From Hemiscyllium ocellatum (Eukaryota), in NCBI RefSeq assembly GCF_020745735.1, contig NC_083420.1, forward strand, positions 41,044,001 to 41,108,000: a stretch of 64,000 nt of DNA, written 5' to 3'. Shown here one piece after another: positions 37,901 through 51,400 of this stretch. Made by a program: the position numbers and the translations under genes. The notes beneath the pieces were generated by a model that worked only from the letters and a program-made list of their open reading frames with translations, searched no databases and was not told the origin of the DNA. Every line of letters starts with the position of its first letter. Within the stretch, counting starts at the first letter, position 1.

Positions 37901-39686
37901 ATTGCTACAAACCCCATCCCCATTGCTCCAAAACAGCCAGCAGGGAGGTGCTTGTTTTACACAATACTCTCTATAACAACAGTGATATTTGTGAGGGGTG
38001 GTGTGATGTTTAAAGTGTTATGCTCCATACCATTTTGGGGAGTGAAAACCATCCCTTTTTCTGCTGTGATGTATGTTAATTCATTGTTAAATTCTTGCAG
38101 AGGTTTAGAAGCCCAGTAAAGGTCCAATTTGGGGCAGGTAGTCCCTCAGAAAAGAGTTCCATGGCGCTGGGACTCTGATGACAGTAATAAGACTTGCGTG
38201 GGAATGATTGGATCTGGATGCATCTCCCCCTTCAGGCACTTGAACCTAAACTCGAGACTGCTGCTTCTTGCAGTGTTCAAGAAGTATGGCACTGTTCTTT
38301 GGATGATATTAAACAAAGGCTGTATCTGCCTTCACAACTGCATGGTAAAGATCCCATGACACTGCAAAGAAAAGCAGGGATGTTGTCCTTGGTTTCCTGA
38401 ACATTATTTGACCATTAGCCAGTACCATTAAAGCAAATGATCTGACCATATGCAAACTGGCTGCAGTATGATAAAGGCAAGCACTTCCAATGACTAATAT
38501 TTCCTTTACGACAGCGGTAAAATGCTATGGGCTATCCTAAGTTTGTGAAAAGTGCTACATACTTGAAAGTTCTCTCTTCATCACAACATGTTCTAGTCAT
38601 GAAATTGGGCATTAGTACTGCAGTGGGGAGATAGGATCGTACTCCTCTTGGGGTGGACAGTGTTTTCATCCCCATGTTATTGTCTCAGCCTGGGTACAGT
38701 TACAGAGGGGCTTCCTGTCCCCTGCTCCCTGCTTCAGCCAATCCCAATACCCTCCTCACCCAGCAGCTCTACACAATGCTGAACTTCAATGGGTAATGAT
38801 CAAAAGCATGGACGCTCACCTTTCAAAATTCAGGTAATTAACTTTAGGATGTGGCATTGCAGATATTTGCTGGTGGCCAGCGAACTCCTACAAATGCGAA
38901 GTACTCCCAAAATACTGTTAGGTGGGGAGTTTTAAACTTTTGCCCCAGTTGCCATGATGGAGTGATCAATTATGTGACCAAACAGAGGTGTGTATGATTT
39001 GAAGATACTGTTATTCCCATTGTCACGCTGCTGCTGTCTCTCTACGAGCTAGAGATCATGGGTCTGGCAGTAGATATGAAGAGTTTTAGTGCGTCATTTA
39101 AATGCCAGAAGGCAGGAGTATTGGAGTAACTGTTTAAGGAGGGATGCTAATCAGTGGACTGTCTTTTTCTGGATAATGTTCTGACCTAAGATGCCAAGGC
39201 CAATTGAAAGACAGGTGACCCTGCTGTAATTGGCTTTCTCATTGAGGCTAAGACATTCCCGCCGTGACATTGTTCCATTTGGAGCATCCCGCGCAGTCAC
39301 TGATTAATGGAAACCTCTGGCTGTTTATTGATTCTAAATCTAAATGGCTGTCAGTAAGTCTGACACAATGGTTAAATTATACTGGCTGCCTCAGCAATGA
39401 AAGATGTACCAGCAGAGTTTTCTGATGGAAAGGAAGACCCTGATTTTGTTTCAAATATTTCCAAGTCAGCCTGTTCAGAGTTAAGTTTTAGACCCCTCTG
39501 GAACAAGTGAGACTTTAATCCAGGCTGCCTGGCTCAGAGGTAGAGACACTACTATTGCACCACAAGAGCCACCCACTGCTCATCTTTGTTTTCATGATGA
39601 ACGATTTAAATAATGGTTTATGCTTTCTATTTTGCTGTGTTTGCAGGTGTAATTCTGTCTCTGTAATCTCTGATGTTGCTGGGGTA

Positions 39687-39722
39687 ATGACGGCTAATCC
39701 CAAAGGAAACAAAGCAATAAAG
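39687..39722 (+). CDS. MAFK: Small Maf, first coding exon (exon 39647-39722): MTANPKGNKAIK
   Basis: Acceptor tgtgtttgcAG| at 39646 and donor AAG|GTAAGG. A 36-nt coding part in the first coding exon is the conserved MafK/G/F structure. Not reported in the ORF track. Confidence 0.9.
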
Positions 39723-40649
39723 GTAAGGTTTTTGTCTTGTTTGCTATTGTTTAATGGCTCAGTACATTTTTGTTCTTTCTCAGGACCCTGCTGGGAGAGC
39801 AGTAAAATGGAAAGTTTTACCAATTAAAAAATATTTTCGATTGTAATTCTATTTCTAAATATTTCAGTAAGCCACAATGGATTTTCATAATGCTCCCTGC
39901 ACCTCCAACATAGTAGAGTTGTAAGTGTCTAAGCTACCAATATAACCTGCTATCATGCATTAAGTTGCATATTGTTTTAGACATGAGTGTGTTCTCAATT
40001 AGACTCAGTAAGGTATTCCTCTACCCCCTATAAATCCTGGGCCTAGTCAAAGGAGGAGGATGAAGGCAGCAACAACCCTAAACAGAAGGTGGTAACATTT
40101 GGCATTGCAGCACATGGCATATGATGTTCTCATACCTAATCATCATGTATTTAGGGGTGTTGTTGAAAAGCTTTGGTGGGTTACTGTAGTATGTGTTGTT
40201 ATGGAGCTTCACAATCTACTGTTATTTGGGAATGAGATGGAATTAAATGAAGGAATGATGTAAGCTTTATGTTTGATTTATACTTCTGTATTCTTGTTTA
40301 GAAGGGGAAAGGACACCGTTTTAGTTTCATGAATGAATTTTGGATTTTTTACTTATACTTGCATTTTTAATGAATGTTTCCAGCTTTGCTGTCAAGCTGG
40401 GGTTTTACAGTTCAAAGTAATAAAAAGAATGGGAAATTAGGCTATTTTATAGTGACTAGGTATCCAGTGACACAGAAGGAGACAGACGCATTTAGAATGT
40501 CAGTGCGTTAGTTAGTCTGCCCATGGGTGCTCCACTATGGAGGCTGGCCAGAAAGTTGTAGGAAGCTGAGCGTATGGCAAACCATGGGTTTTTGCTGTGA
40601 AGGTGATTAGTAGTCAGGAGGAAGAAAGCTCTAAAAATCATTAGTAGGA

Positions 40650-40970
40650 CGGCACGGTGGCTCACTGGTTAGCACTGTTGCCTCACAGCGCCAGGACCCT
40701 GGGTTCGATTCCAGCCTCGGATGACTGTCTATGTGGAGTTTGCACATTCTCCCCATGTTTGCATGGGTGTCCTCCCACAATCACTGAGATGTGCAGGTTA
40801 GGTGGATTGGCCATGATAAGTTGCCCATAATGTTCAGGGATGTGTAGGTTAAGTGCATTAGTCAGGGGTAAATGTAGAGTAATAGGGGAATGGGTCTTGG
40901 TGAGAAATTCTTTGGAGGGTCAGAGTGGACTTGCTGGGCCAAAAGCTTTTTCCACAATGTAGGGATTAAA
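40650..40970 (+). mobile_element. HE1/V-SINE-type tRNA-derived SINE
   Basis: A box (tggctcactgg), B box (ggttcgattcc) and V-domain gtggagtttgcacattctcccc. Confidence 0.8.
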
Positions 40971-41472
40971 TGATACTGTGATTATATGATTACATCCGTG
41001 CCAATTGATCTAGAAGCTTTAGCATGGTTGGGGAGGGTGAGATTTAAGTGTCTGTAACATTGTTGGGGTAAATTAGTTATGTAGTGTAACATAGCTCTTG
41101 CTTTGGTTTTCTGTAATGAAGTTTTGTTATTCTGTTTAAAGTACCTTGGAAGCCTCCTTTGAATACGTTCAGTAACTGACCACCACTATAAACCAAATGA
41201 AAGAAATAAAGTTTTGGTCACTCAAGCCAGGTCTCACTTTGGGATTAGACTTATTTGGTATTACCATCAGTAACGATTATAACTTGCAGGTGATGCACTC
41301 TGCAACCCTTGTGTACTGGTGGTGATGCTGGTGATGTTTTTAGGCGCTGACTGAGCAGAGTTCTTTAGTGGGAAGAAGTGGGGTTTCTTAAAAAATACAG
41401 TGCTTGAGAGTGCTAGTCAGCAGAGGGCAAGGGAAGGAAAGACAATGACTTGAAAATATTTTCTGATTACAG

Positions 41473-41859
41473 GTTAAGAAGGAGGCCGGTGAAAATGCCT
41501 TGACCCTCAGTGACCAGGAGCTGGTCTCCATGACAGTCCGAGAGCTGAACCAACATCTGCGAGGCCTAAGCAAGGAAGAGATTATTCAACTGAAGCAGCG
41601 TAGACGGACATTGAAGAACCGGGGTTACGCAGCCAGCTGCCGGGTCAAACGTGTGACACAAAAGGAGGAGCTGCAGCGACAGAGGGCTGACCTCCAGCAA
41701 GAGGTGGCAAAGCTGTCCAGGGAGAATGCCAACATGAGATTGGAACTAGACGGTCTGCGGTGCAAGTACGAGGCCCTCCAGAACTATGCCCGGACTATGG
41801 CCAAGGGCCCCACTCCGACCACCAGCGTCATCACCATTGTCAAATCATCTGACTCTTAG
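41473..41859 (+). CDS. MAFK: Small Maf, second coding exon (extended homology region plus bZIP); full protein 140 aa, MafK-like
   Basis: Acceptor ttttctgattacAG|GTTAAG. Reads VKKEAGEN...[16 protein letters not shown]...[21 protein letters not shown]...leucine zipper...TSVITIVKS. The family call is certain; the paralog name is tentative. Confidence 0.92.
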   Translation, partial: VKKEAGENALTLSDQELVSMTVRELNQHLRGLSKEEIIQLKQRRRTLKNRGYAASCRVKRVTQKEELQRQRADLQQEVAKLSRENANMRLELDGLRCKYEALQNYARTMAKGPTPTTSVITIVKSSDS

Positions 41860-43829
41860 AGCCTTAGCACTTCCCTCTTCCTGGTCTTCCATTGGAACTT
41901 TCAGTTGAAGGGTTGGGCAAGGGCATTAATGGGTGATTGAACCAAGGTGGGTAGTTGAAGCTAAGAAAGACATGAGGCACAGGCTAATTGAATTGATCTG
42001 AATGACCTGCTCTTATGTGAGGGAATGCTCTTAATCAGCTCGCCTTCTTGAGGTCATATCCAATGGCGTGATGTTCACCACTGAACTAGGGCCTTTCCTG
42101 AACATTATAAAGCTGGGACTGCAAGACAAAGCCCTCAAGCTTGCAAAAACCTGCAAACCTGAAATTTAAAAAAAAATTCTGGGGTGGGTGAGAAAGTGTC
42201 TTGAAGCCAGCCCTAGACCTAAATCAAAGGGTTAATTTGCCTGAAAGCTGAAAAGAAAGACCTCCATAACTGGAATCTGTGCACTGTTAAGAGTCTGGAT
42301 GTATGATGAGACCAGAACCAGATCAACCATGATCATATTGAATGGTGGAACAGGCTCGAAGGGCTGAATAGCCTATTCCTGCTCTATGTTCCAATGTAAC
42401 TTATCATGGCTGATTCTCATGGTCTCAACAACTGTTCAAGTAATTGAATGGGAAGGTAATCCACACCCAACAAAGACTTAGGAGCATATCTTTTGAAAAC
42501 TTCTGTGTGGCTTTCAAACATCTTACTTGTTTCTGTCCTGTGATTTTATGAAACAAAATATAGAGCAATGTGTACAATTGTCCTTTGGCAAGCTGCATAA
42601 AACAAAAAGATATATTTTTTATTTAGCATTGAATTTGAGTGAATATGATCCTTTGCAAACTTGCATGAAGATTGACTGATTGTTGGACAGGGTCTCCACT
42701 TCGAATGAGTGTGTCCTGAGGATGTTGCCTCAGGATCGAACCTGAGCATGTGAGAAGCTTGGAAGGCTTTTCCTGAAAAGGGTAGCTTTCACATTCTTGG
42801 TAGTGTTAGGAGAATTGGAAGAGGGAAGGGGAACGAAGACACATTTTGGGAACCAACCACATTATTTTCACTGAGAGCTGTCATGGGCATGGGTAGTTGA
42901 GCTAGTTTTATAAAAGGAAATAATTCCAATTAAAATTCTTCAGTTTCCTCAGCGCCAGTGACCCTAATGGGAAGAGTGTGCTGGTAATGAAGTGCCAATA
43001 TTCCATGAGCTATCACAAGTACATAACATATTAATTCTGACCATGTATGCAAAATTAATCTTGTTTTCCTATCGTATCCTCATCCCAAAAGCACAAAGTC
43101 AACAGAAACTTTAGCTCATCAGCACATTTTACCAAAATGGTAGCCTAAATCCTCAAGTCTCCATGAAGTAAACTAACTACATGTTGTGTGTATTTTCTGT
43201 TCGTTACTTAGTCTCGGACTAATTTAGCTACATCCATTATGTTAGTCAACCTATTGTTTGGTTCATGCGGATTGATTCACTGCCACTGGATGGGCTTGGT
43301 TATGATCAGGGCACATCCATCCCATGTGCAGCTTACGTTTCTTTTGTGTTTTGCCCTAACAGCAACTTAGAATGCATTTAACATCACAGAATATTGCCAG
43401 GGGTTTCAGAAGAGGATTATATTAAAAGAAATATGCCAACAATTAAATATTATTTTCCAGTGGAGCAGTAATGTAGGACACGGAGCAGTAAATTTGTACA
43501 CAGCAAGCTTCTACTATTTACAATGGGAGTGATGTTGGTTGAGGAATAAATATGAGGCAAGGGTACTGGGAAGAACTGGCACACTCTTCTTTGAATTAGT
43601 GCCAGGGGAACTTCTTTCTAAGCAGCCAGCTATTGCCTTTGGCTAAATGGCTAGTGTGTAATACAGATTTATGCTAACAGTGTAGGTGAATTCCTGTTGC
43701 AGCTGTGGGAGACTTACGACTTGCCATCTTACCCTGATCCTGAGAGCGGGAGGTACCACTAACAAAACCTGCTGAGGAGAATGGCTCCAGATGAAACATC
43801 AGCAGAGCAGAGTTCATAGAATGGAGCGT

Positions 43830-43935
43830 CTCTCTATGCTACTTAACTCTGTGATCTGCCTGTGTTGCTCGCAAGACAAAGCTTTTCACTGTGCCTCGGT
43901 ACATGTGACAATAAATTCAATTCAATTCCATTCAA
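43830..43935 (+). mobile_element. Rex1/Babar 3' tail fragment
   Basis: Near-identical to 17365-17462, including the (ATTCA)n tail. Confidence 0.8.
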
Positions 43936-43944
43936 TATATCTAA

Positions 43945-46900
43945 CAAGGAACAGCATAGCACAGGAACAGGCCCTTCAGGCCCATCGAGACACATAGTCT
44001 TTTTAAACTAAAAACCTTTTGCCTCTAGTCCCTGCCCATTCATGTAGCAGTCATCGCTATTGTGTCTGCCTTCACCACCTCTTCTGGCAGCTCATTCCAG
44101 GCAATTACCACCCTCTGCGGGGGGGGGGGGGGAAACTTGCCTCATGCATCTCCTTTAACCTTACTCCATTTACCTTCAACCTATGTCTTCTAGTAATTAA
44201 CGCTGCTTCCCTGGTGAAAAAGGCTCTCACTATCCATTATTCATGCTTCTCATATATAATTTTGTAATCTACTTTTAGGCTGTCCCTCTGACATTCAAGT
44301 GGGGTTTAAAAAAAAACAAGTTTGTCTAGTCTCTCCTCATAGCTAATACCCTCCAAACCAGCCAACATCCTGGTAGACTGTTTCTGTACCTCTCCAAAGC
44401 CTCAACATCCTTCTGGTAGTGTGGCAAGCAGAACTGTGTGCAATATTCCAAATGTAGCCTTACTAAAGTTCTGTGCAGCTGCAACATGACTTGCCAATTT
44501 GTATACTTTATGCCCCGACTGACGAAAGTAAGCTTGCCCCATGCCTTCCTGACCACCTTGTCCACTTGTGTTGCTACTTTTAAGGAACAGTGGAGTTGTA
44601 TTCAAGATCCCTCTGTGTATTAATGCTTCTAAGGGTTCTGCCACTCACTTAAATATCCCTGCTGCATTAGACCTCCCAAAATGCATCACCTCACATTTGT
44701 CTAGATTAAAGTCCATCTGCTGTTTCTCTGCCCAAGTCTTCAGCCTGTATATATCCAACCGTATCTACTGGCAAACCTCTTCATTATCCACAGCTCCACC
44801 AAGCTTCGTGTCATCTGTAAACTTACTAATCCAACTATCTTCATTCTCCTTCAAATCATTATAAACCACAGACGTCCCAGCACTGGTCCCTGCAGAACAC
44901 CACTGGTCACAGATCTCCTTACACTACTACTGTCTTCAATGACCAAGCCGGATCTCCATCCATCTTACCAGGTCACTGCTGATCCCATGTGACTTCACTT
45001 ACTGTATCAGCCTGCCATGAGGGACCTTGCCAAAGGCCTTGCTGGACAACTTCCTTCATCAATCACCTTTGTCACTTCATCAAAAAACTTGATAAAGTTT
45101 GTGTGACTTAACGTTCCCCACACAAAGCCACGCTGCTTATTGCTAGCAAGTCCATTTTTTTTCCAAATATGAATAAACGTCCCTAAGAAACTTTTCCAAT
45201 AATTTCCCTACCGCTGACATAAGGCTTTACTGGCCTGTAATGTCCCACATTATCCCTGTTTTCCTTCTTAAACAAAGGAACAATGTTGGCTATTTTCCAG
45301 TCCTCTGGGACTAAAGAGAATACAAAGATTTCATTAAGGCTCCAGTAATTTATTTCCACACCCCTCTCAATATTCTGGGATAGATCGAATCTGGTCCTGG
45401 GGAGTTGTCCACCTTAATGGTTTTCAAACATCCAACATCACCTTTTTTTTAATATCAACACACCCCTCTCTAAATTCACCGCACGCCGTGTCCCTTTCCT
45501 TCACTCATTTACTCCAGTTCGGTGTATAAATTCTCTCCTTTGCCCTTGAGTGGACTTACCCTTTTCCATATATACAAATAAAATGCCTTGGGGATTTCGT
45601 TAATCCTGTTTCCAAGGTTATTTCTTGGGCCTTTTAGCCCTGCTAACTCATTGTTTAAGTTCTTTAGTGCTTTGTTTGTATTCTTGGAGAGCTGTCTTCA
45701 GTTTCCTAATCCTTATGCATGCCTCCTTTTTTTCTTTTTGACTCGCTCACAATTTCTGTTGTCATCCAAGGTTCTACACTCTTGCCATCCTTATTCTTCA
45801 TTTTCACAAGAACGTGTTGGTCCTCATCAACTGGCCCTAAAAGATTCCCACATGCTAGATGTAATTTATCCTCAAACAGTTGCCTCCAATCTTCATTCCC
45901 CAGCTCCTGACCAATATTGCGGCAATTAGCCTTTTCTCAATTTAGTACATTCACCCAAGAACTATTCATACCCTATTCATAAGTAAATTAAAACATATGG
46001 AATTATGTTTACTGTTCCTGAAATGTTCCCCTTTTACACTGAAACTTCAGTGACCTGGCCAGATTCCCGAGTACTAGGTCTAATATGGCCCTTTTCCCAG
46101 TTAGATAATTTACATGTTGCATGAAGAAAGCCTCCTAGAATTGCCTCTCAAATTCCACCACCCCACAGCCCCACCACCACCACTACCCACCCCAAGCCCC
46201 TGGTACTAAGGGAGTCCCAGTCAATATTGGGGAAGATAAAATCACCCACCACAAAAACCCTGTTGTTTTTGCATTTTTTCCATAATCTGTCCATATATCT
46301 ATTCCTCTATCTCCCACTGGCTGTAGCGCGTCCTGTACTGAAGCGATTGTAGCCTTTTGATTGCTGAGCTTTACCCATATAGTCTTGCTGGATGGGTCTC
46401 TAACATGTCCTCCCTCCATCAGCTGTAATATTCTCCCTTATCACACAACTCCTCTACCTCTTTTACATCCTTTTCCATCACATTTTAAACATCTAAATCT
46501 TGGATTTAAGCTTCCAAACATGCCCCTCTCTCAACCAAGTCTGTGTAAGAACTACAGCATCATTAATCCAAACTCTAAATTCATTTGCCTTACCTGTTAT
46601 ACTCACATTAAAACAAATACATTTCAGACTGCCAGTCCTGCCATGTTCAGTAACCTCTCTCTGTCTCTTCTTCCTCTTTAACCTTACTGGCCTTAATCTC
46701 TGACTCCTCAATTGTTTCACTTACTGACCTACTGCTCTGATTACCCCCTCTCTGCCACATTGAGTGGCAGGAGCTAACCTCCCTGCTGCCAGCATATTGG
46801 TGCCCCTTCAGTTTACGCGCAACTGGTCCTTCTTGTCTGGGTCCCACCTGTCCTGGAAAACATCCTCATGATCCATATACCTGAAGCCTTCCCTCCTCCA

Positions 46901-47290
46901 CAGCTCTTTAGCCAGGTATTTAACAGTATTCTCATTCTGTTGCTAACCTCACTATTATGTGGTGCAGATAGTAATCCAGAGATTACAGCCTTGGAGGTCC
47001 TGCTTCTCAATTTACTACATAATCACCTGAACTCCCTTTGCAGGTTCTCTTTACTCTTCCTACCTATGTCGTTAATACCAATATGGAACACATCTCTGGC
47101 TGCTCACCCTCCCTTAAGAGAATGTCTTGCGCCTGCTTAGAGACATCCTTGACCCTGGCACCAGGGAGGAATTACACCATCTAGCAGTCTCTTGCGGTCA
47201 CAGAAGGGCCTTTTTGTGCCCCAACTATACAGTCCCCTATTACTACTGTTCTACTGCACTTTGATCCTCTCTGCTGTACAACACAGCCAG
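43945..47290 (-). mobile_element. Long degenerate CR1, from ORF1 esterase through EN/RT to the 3' end
   Basis: ORF1-like KAVISGLL...LNTWLKSC (46813-47010), EN-like LKCICFNVSITGKANE...LTQTWL (46493-46720) and RT tail LVRLHLEYCTQF. Confidence 0.75.
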
Positions 47291-49059
47291 CTGTGGTTCT
47301 ACTTGAAAGGTCAGACAGGGCCTTGGTTTTAACATTTCGTGCGTCACGATTGCTTTAGAGATTGATCGCTTTTAGAAACGTCAAATCCCCGTGACGCTAA
47401 TGGAAAGAGAATCACTGGACAAGATTTCACTCTTTCAAACTTTTACTGCAAAAAGCCAACTAAAATCAATATAAATTTAAACATTTATTACTCAGGTGAA
47501 GGATATTTAAAATAAAAAAGTAAATTCACTTTAAAAAGTCAATACGACCAAGAGATGCCTCAGGTAGTTAAATGCACTTACTGCCTTCTCAAATTTGAGA
47601 TCACAAACAATCTCTCAATTTTTCCTACTCTGCTTTTGTTATGTAGGATCTCAACCTTCCCACTCAATCATTTCGATCATTAAATCTCATTCGTGAGCAA
47701 CTGTTTAACATCGGAACACTGTTCACAGTGACGAGGTAAGTATCTACAAATCCTCTCTCTCAAGGGTACAGCTATTCAGAGATCCTTTTAACCAACCATC
47801 TCATCCTGTTCTCATTCTGCCATTCTGATGTAAACACTCACTTCACTCTCAATTGCCTCCTGAGTGGTACTAGTAAGCCTCCCTGCAAGGATAGTGGTGA
47901 CCCTCTAGTTTAGTTGCAACTTATCCTCCTTGTACAAGTCCCACTTACCTTGGGGGATCTAGAGTATTGTCTTTTTGTTGTCAAAGAGCTCCCTTTGCTC
48001 CCCTCACACACACTCTGTATTCTAAACTGCTGACCAGACAGTGGGCTCAAACCCAGGCAATTGGTTTTCTATTAACTTTTTGCTTCAACTTTCATCCCCA
48101 CTGTAGCCTCATCTCACATGGACATTCTTGGAACTTATTGATGTCATAACCAACCATCTCTCTTTCAGCAAATTTCATTATGGTCTTCAAGGGGTCATTA
48201 TTTTCTTTTTGTGCAAAACACACATCATGAAAGATAGCATCTCTAAGGTTGCCTCTAAGCTGCAGGGGTATGCAGGTATTCAATCAACAGGGAACAAACA
48301 GAACACACAAGTAATATTCGTTTCAGGATGTGTATATGCTCAGCTCATCTTAAGGAACTGCTCAGTGCAACAAGACAACTGTAAACAGATGTTGAGTATA
48401 ACATTGCCTCTAACAACGCAAGCTTAGATTGTGTACTCAAGTCTCTGGAATGGAACTCCAAACCACACCGCTGTGACTCAGAGATGAGAGAACTACCCAC
48501 TGAGGCAGAAATAAACACTTTGACTGTTTTGGGGAGGTGGAAGGTAGGAGTGTTTGCAAATTAGGCATTCCAAAATGGAAAATAAAGATGGCCATCTTGT
48601 GTATATCTAAATATCAATGTGAAAGGTGTGGGAGCAGTTTGCAAAGAGTTCTAATTTCTATTACTGGAATAGAAACTGGGTGTGTAGGTTTGTAATGTGA
48701 ATTGCTCTTTAGGAGCCTCAGTCAAGGGCAAATTTTAGCCATTCTGTTAGAACAGAACGTGTGGGTTTGGTTTGGTTCCAGTCACTCGCATAATATGTTC
48801 TGGTGTGACACCCTGTGGCTTACTTTTTAACGAAGTCACTTTGAAGGATTTTGATTGATTAAAGTTTCTGTGAGTATCCCTCAACAACAGTTTAGACTTC
48901 AGCACCTAAAGCTCCTGTGCTCATATCCCACCTAGTTAGAAAAAAGTTCCAACTATGCAGTATAAAGAGAAATTTTTGCCTTTAGGGGAAAACCAATGAT
49001 GTAGAAAGGAACAATATGTTAACAGAAGCAAGATGGAGAATGGTGGGAGGAGACTTAGG

Positions 49060-51400
49060 CCATGAGATGGAGGGACAGAAGTAGACCATTTGGCCTGTCA
49101 AGTCTGCACTACCATTCAATTAGATCATGGCAGATTTGGTAATCCTCAACTCTACTATACTTCCTACTTTAACTCTTGATTCCCTTACTAAATAAACATC
49201 TATCCATCTCAGCCTTGGATATACTTAATGACGCAGGCTCGACAGCCCTCTGTGGTAAGGAATTCCACAGATTCACTACCTTCAGAGGATATTCCTGCTC
49301 ATCTCTGTCTTAAAAGGGCTATCCCTAACTTGAGATGATGCCTTCTCCTGAGATTTTCCAACCAAGGGAAATTATATGACCACAGCCATTCTGTCAAGTT
49401 CCCTTAGAATTTTGAATGTTGCAATAAGTTTGCTGCTCATTTTTCTAACCTCCAACCTACACAAACTCTCCCCATATGACAATCCATCCATACATGGTAT
49501 CAACCTGGTAAAACCTCTCCAGACCTCCTCCAATGCCAGGATATTTTTAAGACCATAAGACACAGGAGCAGAAATTAGGCTATTTAGACCATCGAGTTTA
49601 CTCTGCCATTCCATCATGCCTGATAAGTCCTCAACCCCATCCTTCCTATAACCCTTGATCCTCTTTGATTAGGGGCCCAAAACCATTCAATTTTCCAACT
49701 GTGGTCTGACTTCTGCCTTTGTATAATTTTATACACCTTCCTATTTTTTAAACTTTATTTCCTTTGAAACAAAGACCAACAGCTGTTTTGCCTTTCCCAT
49801 GATCTGCTGAACTTGGATGCTAGCTTTTTGTAACTCATGCACAAGGACTCCCCAGTCCTCTGTGTTGCAGCTTTCTGTAGTTTTTTTTTCCCATTTCAAT
49901 AATATTCATCTCTGTTATTCTTCCTGCCAAAGTACATAACTTCATATTTTCCCACTTTATATTCCATCTTCCTTAACTTGTCTATATCCCTCTGTAGACT
50001 TCTTATGTCATCCTTACTAATGCCTTCTGACCTATTTTTGTATTATCCACAAATATGGCATTAATACAGTCATCTCTAACATCCAAGTCATAGAGTCACA
50101 GATATGTACAGCACGGAAAGAAAACCTTTGGTCCAACTCGTCCACGCCGACCACATTTCCTAAATTAATCTAGTCCAGCATTCGGCTTATACCCATCCAG
50201 ATGCCTTTTAAATGTTGTAATTGTACCAGCCTCCAACACTTCCTCTGGAAGCTCATTCCATACACACACCACTCTCTGCATAAAAAAAGGTCTCTTTTGT
50301 CCCTTTTAACTTTTTCCACTCTCATCTTAAAACTATACCCTCTGGTTTTGGTCTGCCCTACCCTGGGGAAAAGACTTTGGCTATTCACCCTATCCATGCC
50401 CCTCATGATTTTGTAAGTTTCTATAAGGTCAACCTTCAGCCCCCAAAGCTCTAGGGGAAAACAACCCCAGACTATTCAGCCTCTTCCCCAGATTATTCAA
50501 ACTTTCCAACCCTGGCAACATTCTTGTAAATCTTTTCTGAACCCTGTCAAATTTCACAATATCTTTCCTATAGCAGGGATACCAGAACTGAAAGCATTAT
50601 TCCAAAAGTATCCTAACAGATGTCTTACACAGCTGCAACATAACCTCCCAACTCCTATACTCAATGCACTGACCAAAAAGGGAAAGCATACCAAACACCA
50701 CCTTCACGGTCCTATCTACCTCTGACTCCACTTTCAACGAACTATGAACTTGCACTCCAAGGTCTCTTTGTTCAGCAAAATGCTGCAGGTACCATGAAGT
50801 GTGTAAATCCTGCCTTAATTTGCCTTTCCAAAAGGCAGTATCTCACATTTATCTAAATTAATCTCCATCTGCTACTCCTTTGCCCATTGACCCATTTGAT
50901 CAACACCCTGTTGTACTTTGAGATAACCTTCTTTGCTGTCCACTACACCAATTTTGGTGTCATCTGCAAATTTACTTATCATACCACCTCTGGTCACATA
51001 CAAATCATTCATATAAATGACAAAAAGCAGTGGACCCAGCATCAATTCTTGTAGCACACCGCTGGTTACAGATATCCAGTCTGAAAAACAATCCTCCACT
51101 ATCTTCAAGCCAGTTCTGTATCCAAATGGCTACTTCTCACTGTATTCCATGTAATCTAACCTTGCTAACTAGCCCACCATGAGGAACCTTGTTGAAAGCC
51201 TTACTGAAGTCCATATAGATCACGACCATCGCTCTGCCCTCATCAAAAAACTCAAGTTAGTGAGCCACCATTTCCCAGGCACAAAGCCATGTTGACTATC
51301 TGTAATCAATCCTTGCCTTTCCAAATACATGACCTATATTGAGAACAATTGTAGCTCCAGCATTGATCCCTGTGGTAGTCCACGAGTCACAGTCTGCCAG
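49060..51400 (-). mobile_element. Two nested or adjacent CR1 fragments
   Basis: 3' ends near 49060, 49555 and 50090; RT motifs SGVLQELMLGPLLF and SKFADDTK. Confidence 0.75.

Noticed and set aside
37804-38119. Polyproline ORFs
   Set aside because: Produced by a poly-C tract; no splice or homology support.
40650-40720. tRNA gene (A and B boxes)
   Set aside because: It is the tRNA-derived head of an HE1-type SINE and continues into the SINE body; the same applies near 52860-52930 and 62445-62520.
40190-41285. Possible solo LTR in Maf intron 2
   Set aside because: It has AATAAA and an LTR-like feel, but I could not confirm TG...CA ends, a TSD or a second copy.
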